Shown: piece by piece, positions 25,037 through 37,545 of the stretch
Layout: every line of letters starts with the position of its first letter
Numbering within the stretch: the first letter of the stretch is position 1
From: Callorhinchus milii
Taxonomy: Eukaryota
Assembly (NCBI RefSeq): GCF_018977255.1
Contig: NW_024704743.1
Location: 40,240,001 to 40,304,000 of the forward strand
Length of the DNA: 64,000 bases
Direction of reading: 5' to 3'
Notes under the pieces: generated by a model
Seen by the model: only the letters and a program-made list of their open reading frames with translations
Databases searched by the model: none
What the model was told of the DNA's origin: nothing
Translations under genes and position numbers: made by a program

Positions 25037-25081
25037 ATGAATGAATGAATGAATGAATGAATGAATGAATGAATGAATGAA
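25037..25081. repeat. (GAAT)n microsatellite
   Basis: ~11 units. Confidence 0.9.
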
Positions 25082-25364
25082 GCAAATGGAGTCTATCTTA
25101 CACTTAAATGGCTAATTTAGGAAGTAGATGAAGCAGTAAGTAATTAATTGAGTAGTTGAAATGAGATGCTCAAATCCCAATTAATTGCTCCTGTAATGCA
25201 GATCCAAGTGACCAACATCATTTTTTATTCTTCATATACAAATTGTAAAATATTTTCCCTCACGCCCCTTGCCCCAAAATAGCTCCAGAAATATCCATGG
25301 CTAAACCTGACCCAAAGCATTGAGACACAATCACACTTCACTGCAGAGCAGTGAGATGTGAAGT

Positions 25365-25670
25365 TGTATGAGTGCCTCAAGACGTCCTCCCAACATGAAA
25401 GGCGCTGTACAAATGCAATTTATTGTTGTTGCTGCTGTGTCCGCATTGCCCCAATCTTCATTGTTGTCTAGGTGAATCAATGTTCTACTTCTGCCTCAAA
25501 CTGCTAAAATATTACTATGGTATTATAGTAAAATATTATTCTGGCACTTCTCTGCGCAATTGGCTGCTGCGTTTCGCTTGCAAATATATAGTCAATTCAC
25601 TTTATAGTATATTCTGTAGCACTGTACTGTATATAAAAGCGCTGTATCAAATGCAAGGATTATTATAATC
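25365..25670 (+). mobile_element. L2 tail (25365-25435) and SINE 3' half (25545-25670)
   Basis: gacgtcctcccaacatgaaaggcgctgtacaaatgc; tgcgcaattggctgctgcgtttcg..aaatgcaaggattattat. Confidence 0.7.
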
Positions 25671-25889
25671 TTTCTTGAGTTGGGGTCACAAGATCAGAAT
25701 AAATGTCACAGGACTTCCTTGCTATTATATAATAATTCCATACTTCTCGTGATAAACCTCAGCAATTCTTCGGTGTTTTTGATTCCTTTCTTCATTTAGA
25801 ATGCATTATTTTCCACTACTGTTCCTTTCATGGAGAGGCCTGTTTTCATGCTTTACATTCTTCATATTTCTTTGTAAAGAAAAAACGTG

Positions 25890-26200
25890 TTCAGGTGTCA
25901 GTTGATGTCACTCCAATCTCATTCAGCCTCTGAATTCCAGAAAGTTGGGAGTTCAAACTTCACATTGGGATATAAACTCATAGACAAACGTTGTTGGTTT
26001 GCATTGTCCTTGATAGTGTCCTTTGGGTAGTAACCATGTTCAAGTGGACGTTAAAGATCCAATGGCACTATTCAAAAATAGCAGGGAGTTCCGGTCAACA
26101 ATCCCCCAGATATTATTAATCAGCGACTTATGGTTATTTGTGGGACATTGCTATGTGCAAATTGGCTGCCACATTTGCCTACAGATACATACTTCCTCCA
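25890..26200 (+). mobile_element. Degenerate Deu-domain SINE
   Basis: caagtggacgttaaagatccaatggcactattcaaaaatagcagggagtt..gtgcaaattggctgccacattt. Confidence 0.7.
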
Positions 26201-26830
26201 CTTTTCAGAATAATTCCTATCAGCAGACATTTGAGCCATGTAAATGTCAAATTTGATACTTTGTTTAATATTTAATCGTGATTTTAATCGAACAGAAATA
26301 GTGACACTTTCAGTGCTCTGAGATTCCACTCTGTGCGAAGGGCATTATAAACATTTAAGCTGTTTTGGGCATTTTGGAACCTTAGTTGTCAGCAATAACT
26401 GCTGGAAAATGTCTTAATCATTGTCATTTCTCCTCAGTTTTGTCAAGCCATTTTCATTCTTCTTTGCACTAAAGAGAATTACAGAAGTTAAGTACATTAG
26501 TAATTAGACTGTGTTGTTTCAGCAGCACTTTTTGGCAACAATACAATTGCAATAGCTTTTATAATGAAGCTGCCACAGTCTGTTTCCAATCATATATATT
26601 GGAATGCACCAAAGACATGTTAAATAAAGCACCATGGGTGGAAAAATGACAAATATCACATTGCATCTGATGTGAACACTGCAGTTTCCATCCATTCCTA
26701 AAGAATGGCTGTGGCATTGGATGCTACTTTATCAGTTTTGGTCCAAACTCTCTTTTCAAAATTGTTCATCCAGCATTTTGGGTTCCGCTTAGTGGGCCCA
26801 ATTTTGTTCCAAGCCCCAGAACCAGCATTT

Positions 26831-27945
26831 ATAATAATAATAATCCTTGCGTTTGATATAGCACCTTATCACATTGTCGAGACGTCTCAAAGTACTTCAC
26901 AGAATAAACTGTAAAGTGAATTGACCGTGTATTTTGAGTCCAACTTCACAGGATACTAATTGAATTAAGTTCACAGCTATTCTCAGTTGATCACTGATCT
27001 TTGTAACTGGAGAGCAACAATTGAGCACAGAAATCTTGAGGAACAACCATTGCGCTAAGATCAAACACCTGGGGAATGTTTGAAATCAAAACATTTATGA
27101 AATATCACATTTTTCACTCAATGAGTTTTTGGGCCTTTTATACAAACTTAACTATTCAGGAGATATCCACCAACAAAGTAAAACTTGTGTTATTAACCAA
27201 TTTTAGTATGATGTAATTCTGCTGCTTGTTGATTTTCCTGGTTATATATACAAACAACAGAAATAATTATCGTACCCACAACTTATTTGGTGGTGTCAAT
27301 GACATTTCTGCTTATTATCAAAGTACTTGCGCACTTGATAAAATGAAGTTAGCTGAATCCATAGTGTTGGCAGTTTAAAAAAAGTCAGAGAAACTAGCCA
27401 CTTTATTCATGAGAGATTGAATGTCCACAAAACAAGGGGCCCGAAATTCCACACAGTCTTAGCCTTAGACATTATTTTTTCTTAAATAATAATCCTATAA
27501 ATAATCCTTGCATTTGATATCGTGCTTTTCAGTTCTTCTAGACGTCTTAAAGCGCTTCACAGAATAGACTGTAAAGTGAATTGACTGTATATGTGTATAA
27601 ATGTTAAGATCCGTGCAAATTTGCACTTTTGTCAATTTGCACACTGATTTTAAAATTAGCTTTCAAATTAAGATTAAGTTGAAGAATTTTCCATTATTCT
27701 ATGTAGTGTTGGATTTTAAGACAAAATAACAGGCCGAGACAAAGTGAAATTTCAGCCCAGTAGAAAACAATCTTTAGTTACAAAGCTAAGCACTCTGAAC
27801 ACCGTCGCAGCTTAATGTAAGAAACAGATGTGATAATAATAATTCTTGCATTTGATATAGCGCTTTTCATGTCTTCTAAATATGTCAAAGCGCTTCGCAG
27901 AATATACTGTAAAGTGAGTTGACTGTATATATGTGGGCGACATGA
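26831..27945 (-). mobile_element. Three separate 5'-truncated SINE tails (26831-26940, 27485-27595, 27832-27945)
   Basis: Each reads (aat)n ccttgcatttgatatagcgc..cttcacagaata.actgtaaagtgaattgac. Confidence 0.8.
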
Positions 27946-28599
27946 GATTTTAAATTAAATATCGAGCAAAATCTCCTTGATTGATATGATAAATGACATT
28001 CCTCATATCTCTAACCAGACAATTTAAAAAGAAAGTTGTTTTCTCTATTCCTATGTCAGTTTAATGCCTTACGTGACATTTGAACAGAATAATGGGAATA
28101 ACAGGAGATGGTTAATATTGCTGAATGTCTGAGCAAAATGAAATGGATGTTGACATCTGAAAACGTCACCATACATCTTTCAGCGTTCAACCACAAACTG
28201 ACCTCTTGAATTGCCAACAAATACTGTGGTCAACCATTAATTGGGCAAAAAAGGAATCTGTGCACTTCAATACAGCTTCATGATCAAACAGAAGACTCAA
28301 CTGCCCCTATTTATGAACAACACTGAGTCAAGACTCAAGCAAGTTTGATATCTTGTTTATTACTACTTCCAGCAGTACAGTTCTTTTGAGTGGAAAGCAG
28401 AATTTATATTTCCTATATCCAATCGATGGGCTGAAAAGAGCTTTGAGCATGTGTGATTAAGTATTGCACAAAGCTCTCATAACCATTAGTTTCTATTTAC
28501 ATTTTTGTAAAGCAGGTCATGTGACATGATCCTTAAAATGTTTTTGAATGTACAATGGGGGCATTGAGTGATACAATGATATCACTCAATACAGAACCG

Positions 28600-28890
28600 T
28601 CATAGGAATGCGCCTTATCACCTCCCCAGTTCCACTTTCCTGATCTTCAATATTTCTCTTTCCAAATATTTATTCATCGTCTTCATGAATGATTTGTGCA
28701 TCTATGCTATTCTGGGATAGGGCACTCTAAAATCTTATTATTTTGCAGAAAGGATTTAATTCTCACCTTTGTCTTAATGCATTCAGCTCCATTAGTAAAT
28801 GATTGATCCAAAAAGTGGTTCTCTGTGTATTACCTTAATAATCTTTAATATCTCTCAATTAAATTCCCTCTCAACCTCCTCTGCTCCAAA
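28600..28890 (-). mobile_element. Degenerate CR1 3' fragment
   Basis: taaattccctctcaacctcctctgctccaa is the antisense of 'LEQRRLRG'. Confidence 0.6.
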
Positions 28891-28939
28891 CAATATGCCC
28901 CTATTATACGCCGTCCCCTTCAATCACTGGCATCATCAT

Positions 28940-29257
28940 CATCATAATAATAATCCTAACATTTGATATAGCGCTTTTCACGTTTCTAAACGTCACAAAG
29001 CGCTTCACAGAATATGCTGTAAAGTGAATTGACTGTATATTTGTGGGCGAACGCGGCAGCCAATTGGCACAGCAGTGTCCCACAAACAGTCGTAGATTGA
29101 AAATGACCAATTTATTATTGTTTTGTTTTGGAGGGATTATTATTAGGCGTGTGGAGCAAGGAAACTTGCCCAAGGTTTCGCCCTGACCTGCCTGGAATTG
29201 AACTCAGGTCTCCGCTTGCAAAGCGAGTGCTCTAACCACTGAGCTACAGGACTCCAC
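28940..29257 (-). mobile_element. Young tRNA-derived SINE, full length
   Basis: Complete head/core/tail. Confidence 0.94.
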
Positions 29258-29542
29258 AGCATCCTTATCCTTAACTTTTTTTAAAAAACTCAGCAACAAC
29301 AACAGCAGCAGCAATGGCCTGGCCCCTGGCATTCCCATGCCAGCCATGACCTGAAAGGCTGAGCCTGAGGGCTGATGCCATCCCACTGATCACTCGCTCC
29401 CGGTCTCTGAGTGCGTGTTTTGGCTTCCGCCCTGACCTGAGCCTCTCCCTCCCCATCCACTCTAAATGTCTCTCCTCCCACCCCCCTCTATGTCTCTCCT
29501 CCCACCCCCCTCTATCCGCTACTCCGCTTGTGAAGTAGCGGA

Positions 29543-30372
29543 TAGGGGCTAGATGAGCGCAAACTTCCAAACAGCTGAACGTTGACAAGACGGAAGGCAT
29601 ACTCTTTGGCTCTCATCAACGTCTAAAATCTCACAAATCTCACCTCCTCCATCTACCCGACCTCCCCCTAAAACTCTCCGAACCCGTACGCTACCTTGGC
29701 ATCAGGTTCGACGCCCAATTATCCTTCCTCCCCCACATCCCGTCCCTCACCAGCAACGCTTTCTTCCACCTCTAACGCATTTCCCGTCTCCGCCAATACC
29801 TCGCTCCAAAAGCTGCTGAAACCCTGGTTTATGCATTTGTCACCTCTTGGCTGGAGTACTTTAACGCCCTCCTCACCGGTCTCCCATCCACTACCATCCA
29901 TAAAATCAAAATTATTCAAAACTCTGCCGCCCGCATTCTCACCCACACAAAACTCTGCTCCCCGAGCATTGGCTGCCTGTCCCAGAGAGGATCGACTTCA
30001 AGATCCTCACCCTTGTATTCAATTCCCTCCACTCCTCTGCACCCCCTAACTCTCTGACCTACTCTCTCCTCAAAACATTGCCCGTTGCCTTCGTTCCTCC
30101 GGGTCTGGCCTCCTCCTCGTCCCCCGAGTCCTCTGCTCCACCCTCGGCAGCCGTGCCTTCAGCCACTATGACCCGAGGCTCTGGAACTGCCTTCCTCACT
30201 CCCTCTCTTCCTATTTTCAGGTCTCTGCTGAAGAACTTTCTTTTCGACCGTGCCTTTGGTCACCTTCCTCCCCCTCCCTCTGGCTCGTTCCCGGGATCCG
30301 TTGCTGTGAAGCGCTCTGAGACGCCGTCCAGTGTGGAGGGCGCTATATAAATCCAAGTTGTCGTTGTTGTTA
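29543..30372 (+). mobile_element. L2 (family B), 5'-truncated
   Basis: Matches the antisense of 59780-60590; tail gcgctctgagacgccgtccagtgtggagggcgctatataaatccaagttgtcgttgttgtt. Confidence 0.92.
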
Positions 30373-30374
30373 TC

Positions 30375-30980
30375 AATCTATACTGCATTTTCCAAAGCCG
30401 GTATATCTTTCCTATATGGGGACATGCAAAGCTGAAAGCAATATTCCAATTGGGATCTCATCAACAATGTAATAATGTGACCATCATCTTAAAGATAAGA
30501 ACATAAAAAGACAGGAACAGGAGTAAACCATTCAGTCCATCTAGCCTGTTCACCATTTTATTAGATCATGACCGATTTGTAACTTAATGCCATTTCCCTA
30601 TATCGCTTGACACTCCTACCTAACAAATATTCATCGATCTCCCTTTTCATATTTCAATTGCCATGGGATCGATAAACTGTTGCGGATTTCCACAACTCTT
30701 TGTGATAATTGTCATATTGTTAGTAAGATCCCATTTGGAATATTGCTCTCAGCTTTGGATGCTCCAACACGGGTAACATATATTGTACTGGCCTTGAGAA
30801 TGCAGTGTAGATTAATAAGCATAATGCCAGTGACTGGGGGTGGGGAGTGGGGTTGAGGGGGGGATTTTTCTGGGAAGTATTCTCTGGAGAATAGTCGATT
30901 GAGAGGCCATTTAATTGTGGTGCCATTTAATTTGAGGTCTTAAATATTATGAAGGAAATTAGACCCATTAAACTGAGAAC
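30375..30980. mobile_element. Cluster of CR1 fragments in both orientations
   Basis: Minus-strand CR1 3' end at ~30495 (aagaacataaaaagacaggaacaggagtaaaccattcag); plus-strand gtaagatcccatttggaatattgctctcagctttgg ('VRSHLEYCSQLW'). Confidence 0.65.
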
Positions 30981-31288
30981 CTCTTCCATTGCGTTGTACG
31001 GCCATAACAATATTTGTAAGCTTCCCTTTCTTATATCACCATTTATTGCAGAATGCCCAGAAATTCAAAGCACATTGGAGTGAAAAATGCCATATACGAT
31101 TTGATAATTATTCAGATTAATGTTAATTTACAGCATCCTTTACACACCTGCCTGTTAGTTAAATTAGCTGAATTTACAATTAAAATATTTTTCTCCTTGT
31201 AGGACCTTCACTGCTGCTTCCTGCCAGTCTCTTTTTTCTATCATCCAAGAAAAAGTTCAGCATGCTCCTCTACAATTAGCTCCAGGTT

Positions 31289-31665
31289 TGTGGTGTCCTG
31301 CAGCTCAGAGGTTAGAGCACTCGCTTCGCGAGTGAGAAACCTGGGTTCTATTCCCGGTAGGGCGAAATGTTGGGCACGTTTCCTTACTCCAGATTCCTCT
31401 GTTTACCTAGCAATAAGTAGGAACCCGGTTGTTAGTCGATTAGCAGATCGCTTTTCCAGGGATCATAATCGCTCAAAATTTTTTTGAATAATGGTGATTT
31501 GGTCACTCAATCTATGACTGTTTGTGGGACACTGCTGTGCGCAATTAGCTGCTGTGTTTTGCCCATAAATACTGTCGGTTCACTTTACAGAGTGTTCTGT
31601 GTAGCGCTTTGAGACGTCTAGAAGACGTGAAAGGCATCATAAAAAATGCAAGGATTATTATATTA
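31289..31665 (+). mobile_element. tRNA-derived SINE (longer subfamily)
   Basis: Head gtggtgtcctgcagctcagaggttagagcactcgc; block ctctgtttacctagcaataagtaggaacc; tail. Confidence 0.9.
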
Positions 31666-32579
31666 TAGGAAGGGTACTGATGTACTGTGTACTGTTATAT
31701 AAATTCCATCATTGGAGTTAGCAGTTATTTTTTATTTCGCAAGTTCAAATTTCAGAGAGATAATTGGACTTCCAAATAATTCAGGCACTTGCCCCCTGAT
31801 GTAACATTACCAGACTTCAAACCTTCCAGTAAGAACACTGGTAAATAAATCTATGGTACTTGTTCAACTAGGGCTTTTGCATGTAATAGGATTTAGCTTT
31901 GGAGGATTAATATGTGTTAGTACCTCCTAGACTTGTTTGAGTCAGGCCAGCCATCAATAAAGCCTGCAATTACTGTGGATATACACGGTGAAGATCAAGA
32001 TTTGAGTGCAGCTATAAACAGAATCCCAGCTTAATTCAGTCAGATTCTTGTGAAGCAGCTCTGAAATGATGCCTCTAGAAATTCATTCAAGCAATGTGTC
32101 CAAAACACCAAGTTGGTGCTGTTATCTTTTCACAACATTGGATGCATCTAATGCACGAAAGTCAGAGAAGGTCCATAGTTAAATGGATCTTCTTTAAGAA
32201 CAGCTGCAAAATTGCATTGTCCAATGTAAGGAATATCACATCAAATGCATTTGAAATGCTGCTGTTTTCACCCTCATGTTATTGTAATACTGTGACAAAA
32301 ATAACAAAAACAACTTAATTAAAATGAGCATTTCAATAAAGTTTAGCTTAAAAAATATATATTTTCAGGCCCTGTCTTTCCTGTTTCTATTTTTTTTCTA
32401 ACATTTTCTTAAAAAAATTAATTGATTAAAATACTGTTTCAAAGACTACTTTTTCAGTGAATCAATACTGTAGCTGTGGGGATCCAACATGTGTCTAAAG
32501 TTATGACCCAGGTTTTGCAATTCCAGTGCATTGACAAAAACAGTCAGGTCAACATATGTTGATAAAAAAAATATACTAT

Positions 32580-33010
32580 AAAACAGGAGTAGGTGTCAAA
32601 GGCAACATTTGGTGTGTGCAACACTGGGCACCTCACCTTTAAAGGGACACAAAGGCACTGGATAGAATTAACAGGGATCAACATGATGATTCTTAACTCA
32701 AAGGTCTATGTTACAGAGAGAAATTGACACTACTGAAGTTGTTTCACTTGAAACAAAGTTTGGATTAAGAAGAGATATGATCAAGATATTTTTAACAAAA
32801 ACATGAAAGTGAACACTCATTTATAACTTGAATCGTGACGTCAAGACCAGAGGATATGAGTCCAAAGCTGGGAAAATTAAAGTACAACTGCAAACCTTTT
32901 ATTTTTCCTCGCAGAGAGCAATGAGAGCAACTAATAAGGGTCAGCCAAAATGGGTTCACGAGTGGTAGATCTTGTCTGATCAACCTCACAGATTTCATTT
33001 CAGAATACAA
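32580..33010 (+). mobile_element. Degenerate CR1 fragments
   Basis: cagccaaaatgggttcacgagtggtagatcttgtctgatcaacctc = 'SQ.GFT.GRSCL.NL'; upstream ttgaaacaaagtttggattaagaagagatatgatc ('LE..RLRGDMI'-like). Confidence 0.65.
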
Positions 33011-35729
33011 CTGTGGATTCAGAGGTAACAAGAACAATCTTACATCAAGTGCTTACCAGGGTATCCATAGGATTTAATGACTGGCTAATGAAGTTCAACA
33101 CAAATAAATGCACACCTTGCAGCGTGAGTCAGAGAAAAGCATGTCAGCTTGCTGCCTGTTTTTTCTCATTGATTTATTTATCTTCATAAGGTCAGCAGTC
33201 GGATATTGTCAGATAAAGATGTGCTGCAATAACACGCAATTTTGCACCAACTGTAGTGTAATTGTAACAGGCACAAAGTGCTCAGTCGTGACGGCTGTTC
33301 AATATCATTAAACATGTAGTAATCCTCACTCAACTGAGCACAACAGAGTCAGCAATATAACTCCTTTTCTGCTGGTTCACTTTGTTCTGTAGATCAGTGA
33401 CAAATGGGTGCAGTATAACTGAGTCATCCATAACATGGAAACCTCTCTCCTAGCCTGAACAGCACTCTGAGATACTACCCTGTTATATAAATGCAAGTTG
33501 TTGTTGTTGTCAATTCACTTCTGTAGTCTTAACCCCAAAATAGTTGAAAACTATTAAAGTATCACACCAAAACAAAGATCCATCATAATTACAATACAAT
33601 AAACATTTAGAGAGCGCCTTTCACATCAGGAGGACATCTCAAAATGCTTGACATTGCTGGATGGGCACCCGAGCTGAGGGTGGTAGTTGAGAGGGGTTTA
33701 AGGGAAAGAGTGGTGAAAGCATTTTGAGACATGCCGTAGACAATGGAGCAAATAGACATGCCTTAATTCCATCTCCACTGCAGTTGTAGAATACACAAAA
33801 TGATACTCAGGTCTGTAACAGTAATATAATTCCTCATTTTCTGTAATATAAACCATTCTTATCCGTTGACTTTATTTGCACACATCGAAAAATGTTGTAT
33901 TGCTTTTCTTAAGTATGGAAGGGAGATTACCATTTGAAGCTGCAAAATGTAGGTCAGGTTTTTCTCTCTGCTGGTGTTGTGATTCTGTGGTCAGGAACCT
34001 GACACTAAACTTGCTGATCATGGCATTGCAATCACTATAAATTATTCAGTAGAAAAGTCTGCTTGGAAGGATGAAAGGAAGCAACCTACATTGAATGGTG
34101 CATTGATCTACATTTTCGGGACAATCCTTAATTTTTTTATTAGAAACATCTCCTTATCTTTCTCTAGCATTTTTGACTGCATTACACAATATCCATTACT
34201 GATAGTTTAAATCAAGCCACATTCTTGCACATATATTTATGTACTATATCGCCCTTATATATCATACTCCATATAAATGTACGCAAGATGACGTAGAACT
34301 TCACTGAAGAACTGAAATAGCACCTCAAGTGCTTCATATTTCTTTGCAAAATCAATGTTCACAAAAATCAATTGTAATATAATTGTACAAATGAAATGTT
34401 AGCACATTTTTGACATATTCATAAAAGAATTGACTGAGTTATTTGTGTTTTATTTTCCATCTTGAACGCCTGTTACGTTTTGAATGTTTACTTGCACTGA
34501 ACAGAATAAACATACTTTAAAGAGCATTGGAAAAATCTATGAATCATTCTTCACATATTCTCATTGTAACACACTTTCACAAAGACAATTGTAAAAGAAA
34601 TCATCCTGTTGTATTTGCTGACTGAATAACACAAAAACTAACATAACATTTGTAGTAATTTATCCAAAACATAACTGGCATAAATTTCCAGTAAATGTGG
34701 AGATGTGAGCATTTCCTACTGTTTACAATTTTTGCAGTAGCTCAAAGCTGCCATGAGGTGGTGGGAGATGTACATTTCAATATTGAATGTACTGAAGCCC
34801 CAAGACAGCATGGATACGGTGTGCATTTAGTTTTAAGAGAATGATGATAACAGGGTATTTTACTGGGAAGAGGCAAAGTCCAAGGAGCATAGTGTTTTTG
34901 AACATCTTGTGAGAATTGAGCAGAATGCAGAGAATAGTAGGTTGGTTGGATCAATAAGCAAGCCTGAAATGATCAAGACTTAGCAAGTTGTCCTCGAGCG
35001 TCTGAATAACCTGAAAAGATGAATACTATAGAGATTGCTTTCATAAACAACTGTCAACTAAATGTGCTTTCAAACCTTGGTCTGAAAAAAAAGGTGCATG
35101 AGGAATTCCAATTCGTATGAAACAATAGGTGCTATGTGCATAACTGCTTTTTAAATGAAAGAATGTATTCATTTTAGTAGTAAATTTTACTCCTTAAATT
35201 ATTGTGTCCTCAAGCTTGGATTTCCCAAATGGTTCCTACTTTATTTAAGAATGCTATTGCATAATAAGAAGTCGGTACATTTAATGGTAAGGCCACATTA
35301 ATGCAGGGGAACACTAATAAGGTGATTTTCCACAGCTAAGCAACATGAAGCTTAATCTTTAGCAGGAATTGATTTTAATGGAAGCAAATTGTTGGGTTTT
35401 ACACAACTGCCATTGACCATTTACATCTTTTTTAAGGCTGCACTAATCTATGAATCACTCCAGCTTCAGTACAAATTCTGTCTCTTGGAGTCCAGCTATT
35501 TGTCTGCTGAAATATCAGAATACTTCTGCCAACAATGCCACATGCATTTCTGCATGAAAACCTGCCTGTACATTGCATACACTCACATGAGAATAACAAC
35601 ATTGGCACCTGTTGTGCATAAATACGGGGGGCGGGGGAATGACAACTGGTGTGATAATATTACTGGTGATAATTATATCAAACCGCATTTTTCCTCATCA
35701 AAGAAATGCAAAATTGCATGTAGCATTAT

Positions 35730-36005
35730 CAGCATTGTCTGGGCGGATGTTAAAGATCTCATGGCTCTAATCAAAAAGAAAGGGAAGTTTCTCTTGGTGT
35801 TCTGGTCAGCAATCCGCCAAATAAAATTGGTCACTCTTTCCATGGCTATTTGTAGGACAATGCAATGTGCAACTGGCTTCCGTGTTTCACTGTGCACAAA
35901 ATATAGTCGCTCCACTTCACAAATTTGCGGTGAAGCACTTTGAGTCATCTCAACAACATGATAAGGCGTTATATCAAATGTAAGGATTTTTTTTAATATT
36001 ATTAT
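35730..36005 (+). mobile_element. Deu-domain SINE 3' part
   Basis: ggcggatgttaaagatctcatggctcta..tgtgcaactggcttccgtgtttc..gataaggcgttatatcaaatgtaagg. Confidence 0.7.
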
Positions 36006-36007
36006 TT

Positions 36008-37030
36008 TGTGGAGTCCTGCAGCTCAGTGGTTAGACCACTCGTCTCGCAAGCGAGAGACCTGGGTTTGATTCCCGGCAGGGCAAAACACTGGGCAAGTTT
36101 CCTTATTTCACATACAACAACAACTTGGATTTATATAGCGCCCTCCACGCTGGATGGCGTCTCAGAGCGCTTTACAGTAACGGATCCCGGGACCGAGCCA
36201 GGGCGGAGGGGGAGGAAGGTGACCAAAGGCGCAGTCGAAAAGAAAGATCTTCAGCAGAGACCTGAAAATGGGAAGGGAGGGAGCGAGACGGAGGGAGTGA
36301 GAAAGGCAGTTCCACTGCCTCTGGGCACAGTGGCTGAAGGCACGGCCGCCGAGGGTGAAGCAAAGGACTCGAGGGATGAGGAGGAGGCCAGACCCGGAGG
36401 AACGGAGGAGAGAGGAGGTCAGAAAGGTAGGGGGATGCAGAGGAGTGCAGGGAGTTGAATATGAAGGTGAGGATCTTGAAGTCGATCCTCTCTGGGACAG
36501 GCAGCCAGTGCAGTCTGGCAAGGACTGGGGTGATCGGGGAGTAGAGTTTGGTGCAGGTGAGAACGTGGGCGGCAGAGTTTTGAATGATTTGGATTTTGTG
36601 GATGGTAGACCGGCGAGGAGGGCGTTAAGAATAGTCCAGCCGAGAGGTGACAAAGGCATGGACCAGAGTTTCAGATTCTCGGAACAACCATAGTTCCGAG
36701 AATCATCTATGCAATTTTGGGACAGTTAATAAGACTATTCAAAGATGGCTTGACAAACCTCTGTTTGCCTAGCAGTAAATAGGAACCTGGTTGTTAGTCG
36801 ATTGGCAGATCACTTTTCTGGGGGTAATAATTCCTTCAAAAACAAGTAATTCGCTGGTCACTTCAATCCACGATGGTTTGTGGGACACCGTTGTGTGCAT
36901 TTGGCTGCCACATTTTGTCCACAAAATATACAGTCAATTTACTTTTTTTTCAGTTTTTTCTGTGAAGCGCTTTGAGACATCTTGAAGACGTGATAAAGCA
37001 CTATATCAAATGCAATTATTATGTTATTAT
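36008..37030 (+). mobile_element. tRNA-derived SINE split by an L2-B insertion (head 36008-36112, remainder 36755-37030)
   Basis: The two halves join into the longer-subfamily consensus (ttccttactccacaagcctctgttt). Confidence 0.88.
36113..36673 (-). mobile_element. L2 (family B) 3' part nested in a SINE
   Basis: L2-B tail + C-terminal ORF2 (RSSGSGLLLIPR..GGRAFSHCA). Confidence 0.92.
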
Positions 37031-37545
37031 AGTTTAAATCACTTTGTAGAGATAATTTATTCATGGTTTTCAGTGGTGGGACAGTCAGACAAATAACACT
37101 ACCACTTTGCATAGTTACTTTTCTTAGTATATTTGAGTTTCCTAAAATAGCTACATTTTGCAGGAGATTGATATTTTGTTCATCAGGTATTTTGTCAAGC
37201 CATCTTTGAATAGTCTTATTAACTGTCCTAATTGCATAGATGATTCTTGGAACTGTGGTTGTTTTACATTGCAACATACGTGAACATTGAATTTGTAGAT
37301 CGATAGATTTCCTGATTTTCTCTAGTTCCCTATTTTTCATATTATAATCAGTTGGGATAGCCACATCGACTACAAGTATAATCTACTTGATTCTTTATGA
37401 TAATATCTGGTCTATTACATCTGATTGTTCCATCTGCATGTACTTGCGAAACCCAGATTATTGCGATGTTACTTCTCAATGTTACTTTTCTGGTTGATGT
37501 TCATACCAGTTTACATCATTATCAAAATGTTTACAGACTATCCAA
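37031..37545 (-). mobile_element. R4/Dong-clade non-LTR retrotransposon 3' fragment (restriction-like endonuclease domain)
   Basis: Minus strand translates WYEHQPEKV..IW..Q..D.TIRCNRPDII..VVDVAIPTDYNMKNRELEKIRKSIDL..RM..KT..VP.II.A...LQ..AILGNSNILRKV: PD-(D/E)xK RLE signature of R4-clade elements. Confidence 0.8.

Noticed and set aside
29546..29552. Hairpin + CTAG as a canonical Helitron 3' end
   Set aside because: ggggctagatgagcgc aligns with L2-B ORF2 (ggggctggatgagcgc at ~60571-60586, minus strand), so the CTAG is L2-derived
35389..35943. 184-aa plus-strand ORF (likewise 39372-39782, 44077-44532, 20114-20635)
   Set aside because: No recognisable domain, composition typical of non-coding DNA, partly overlapping repeats, no splice support
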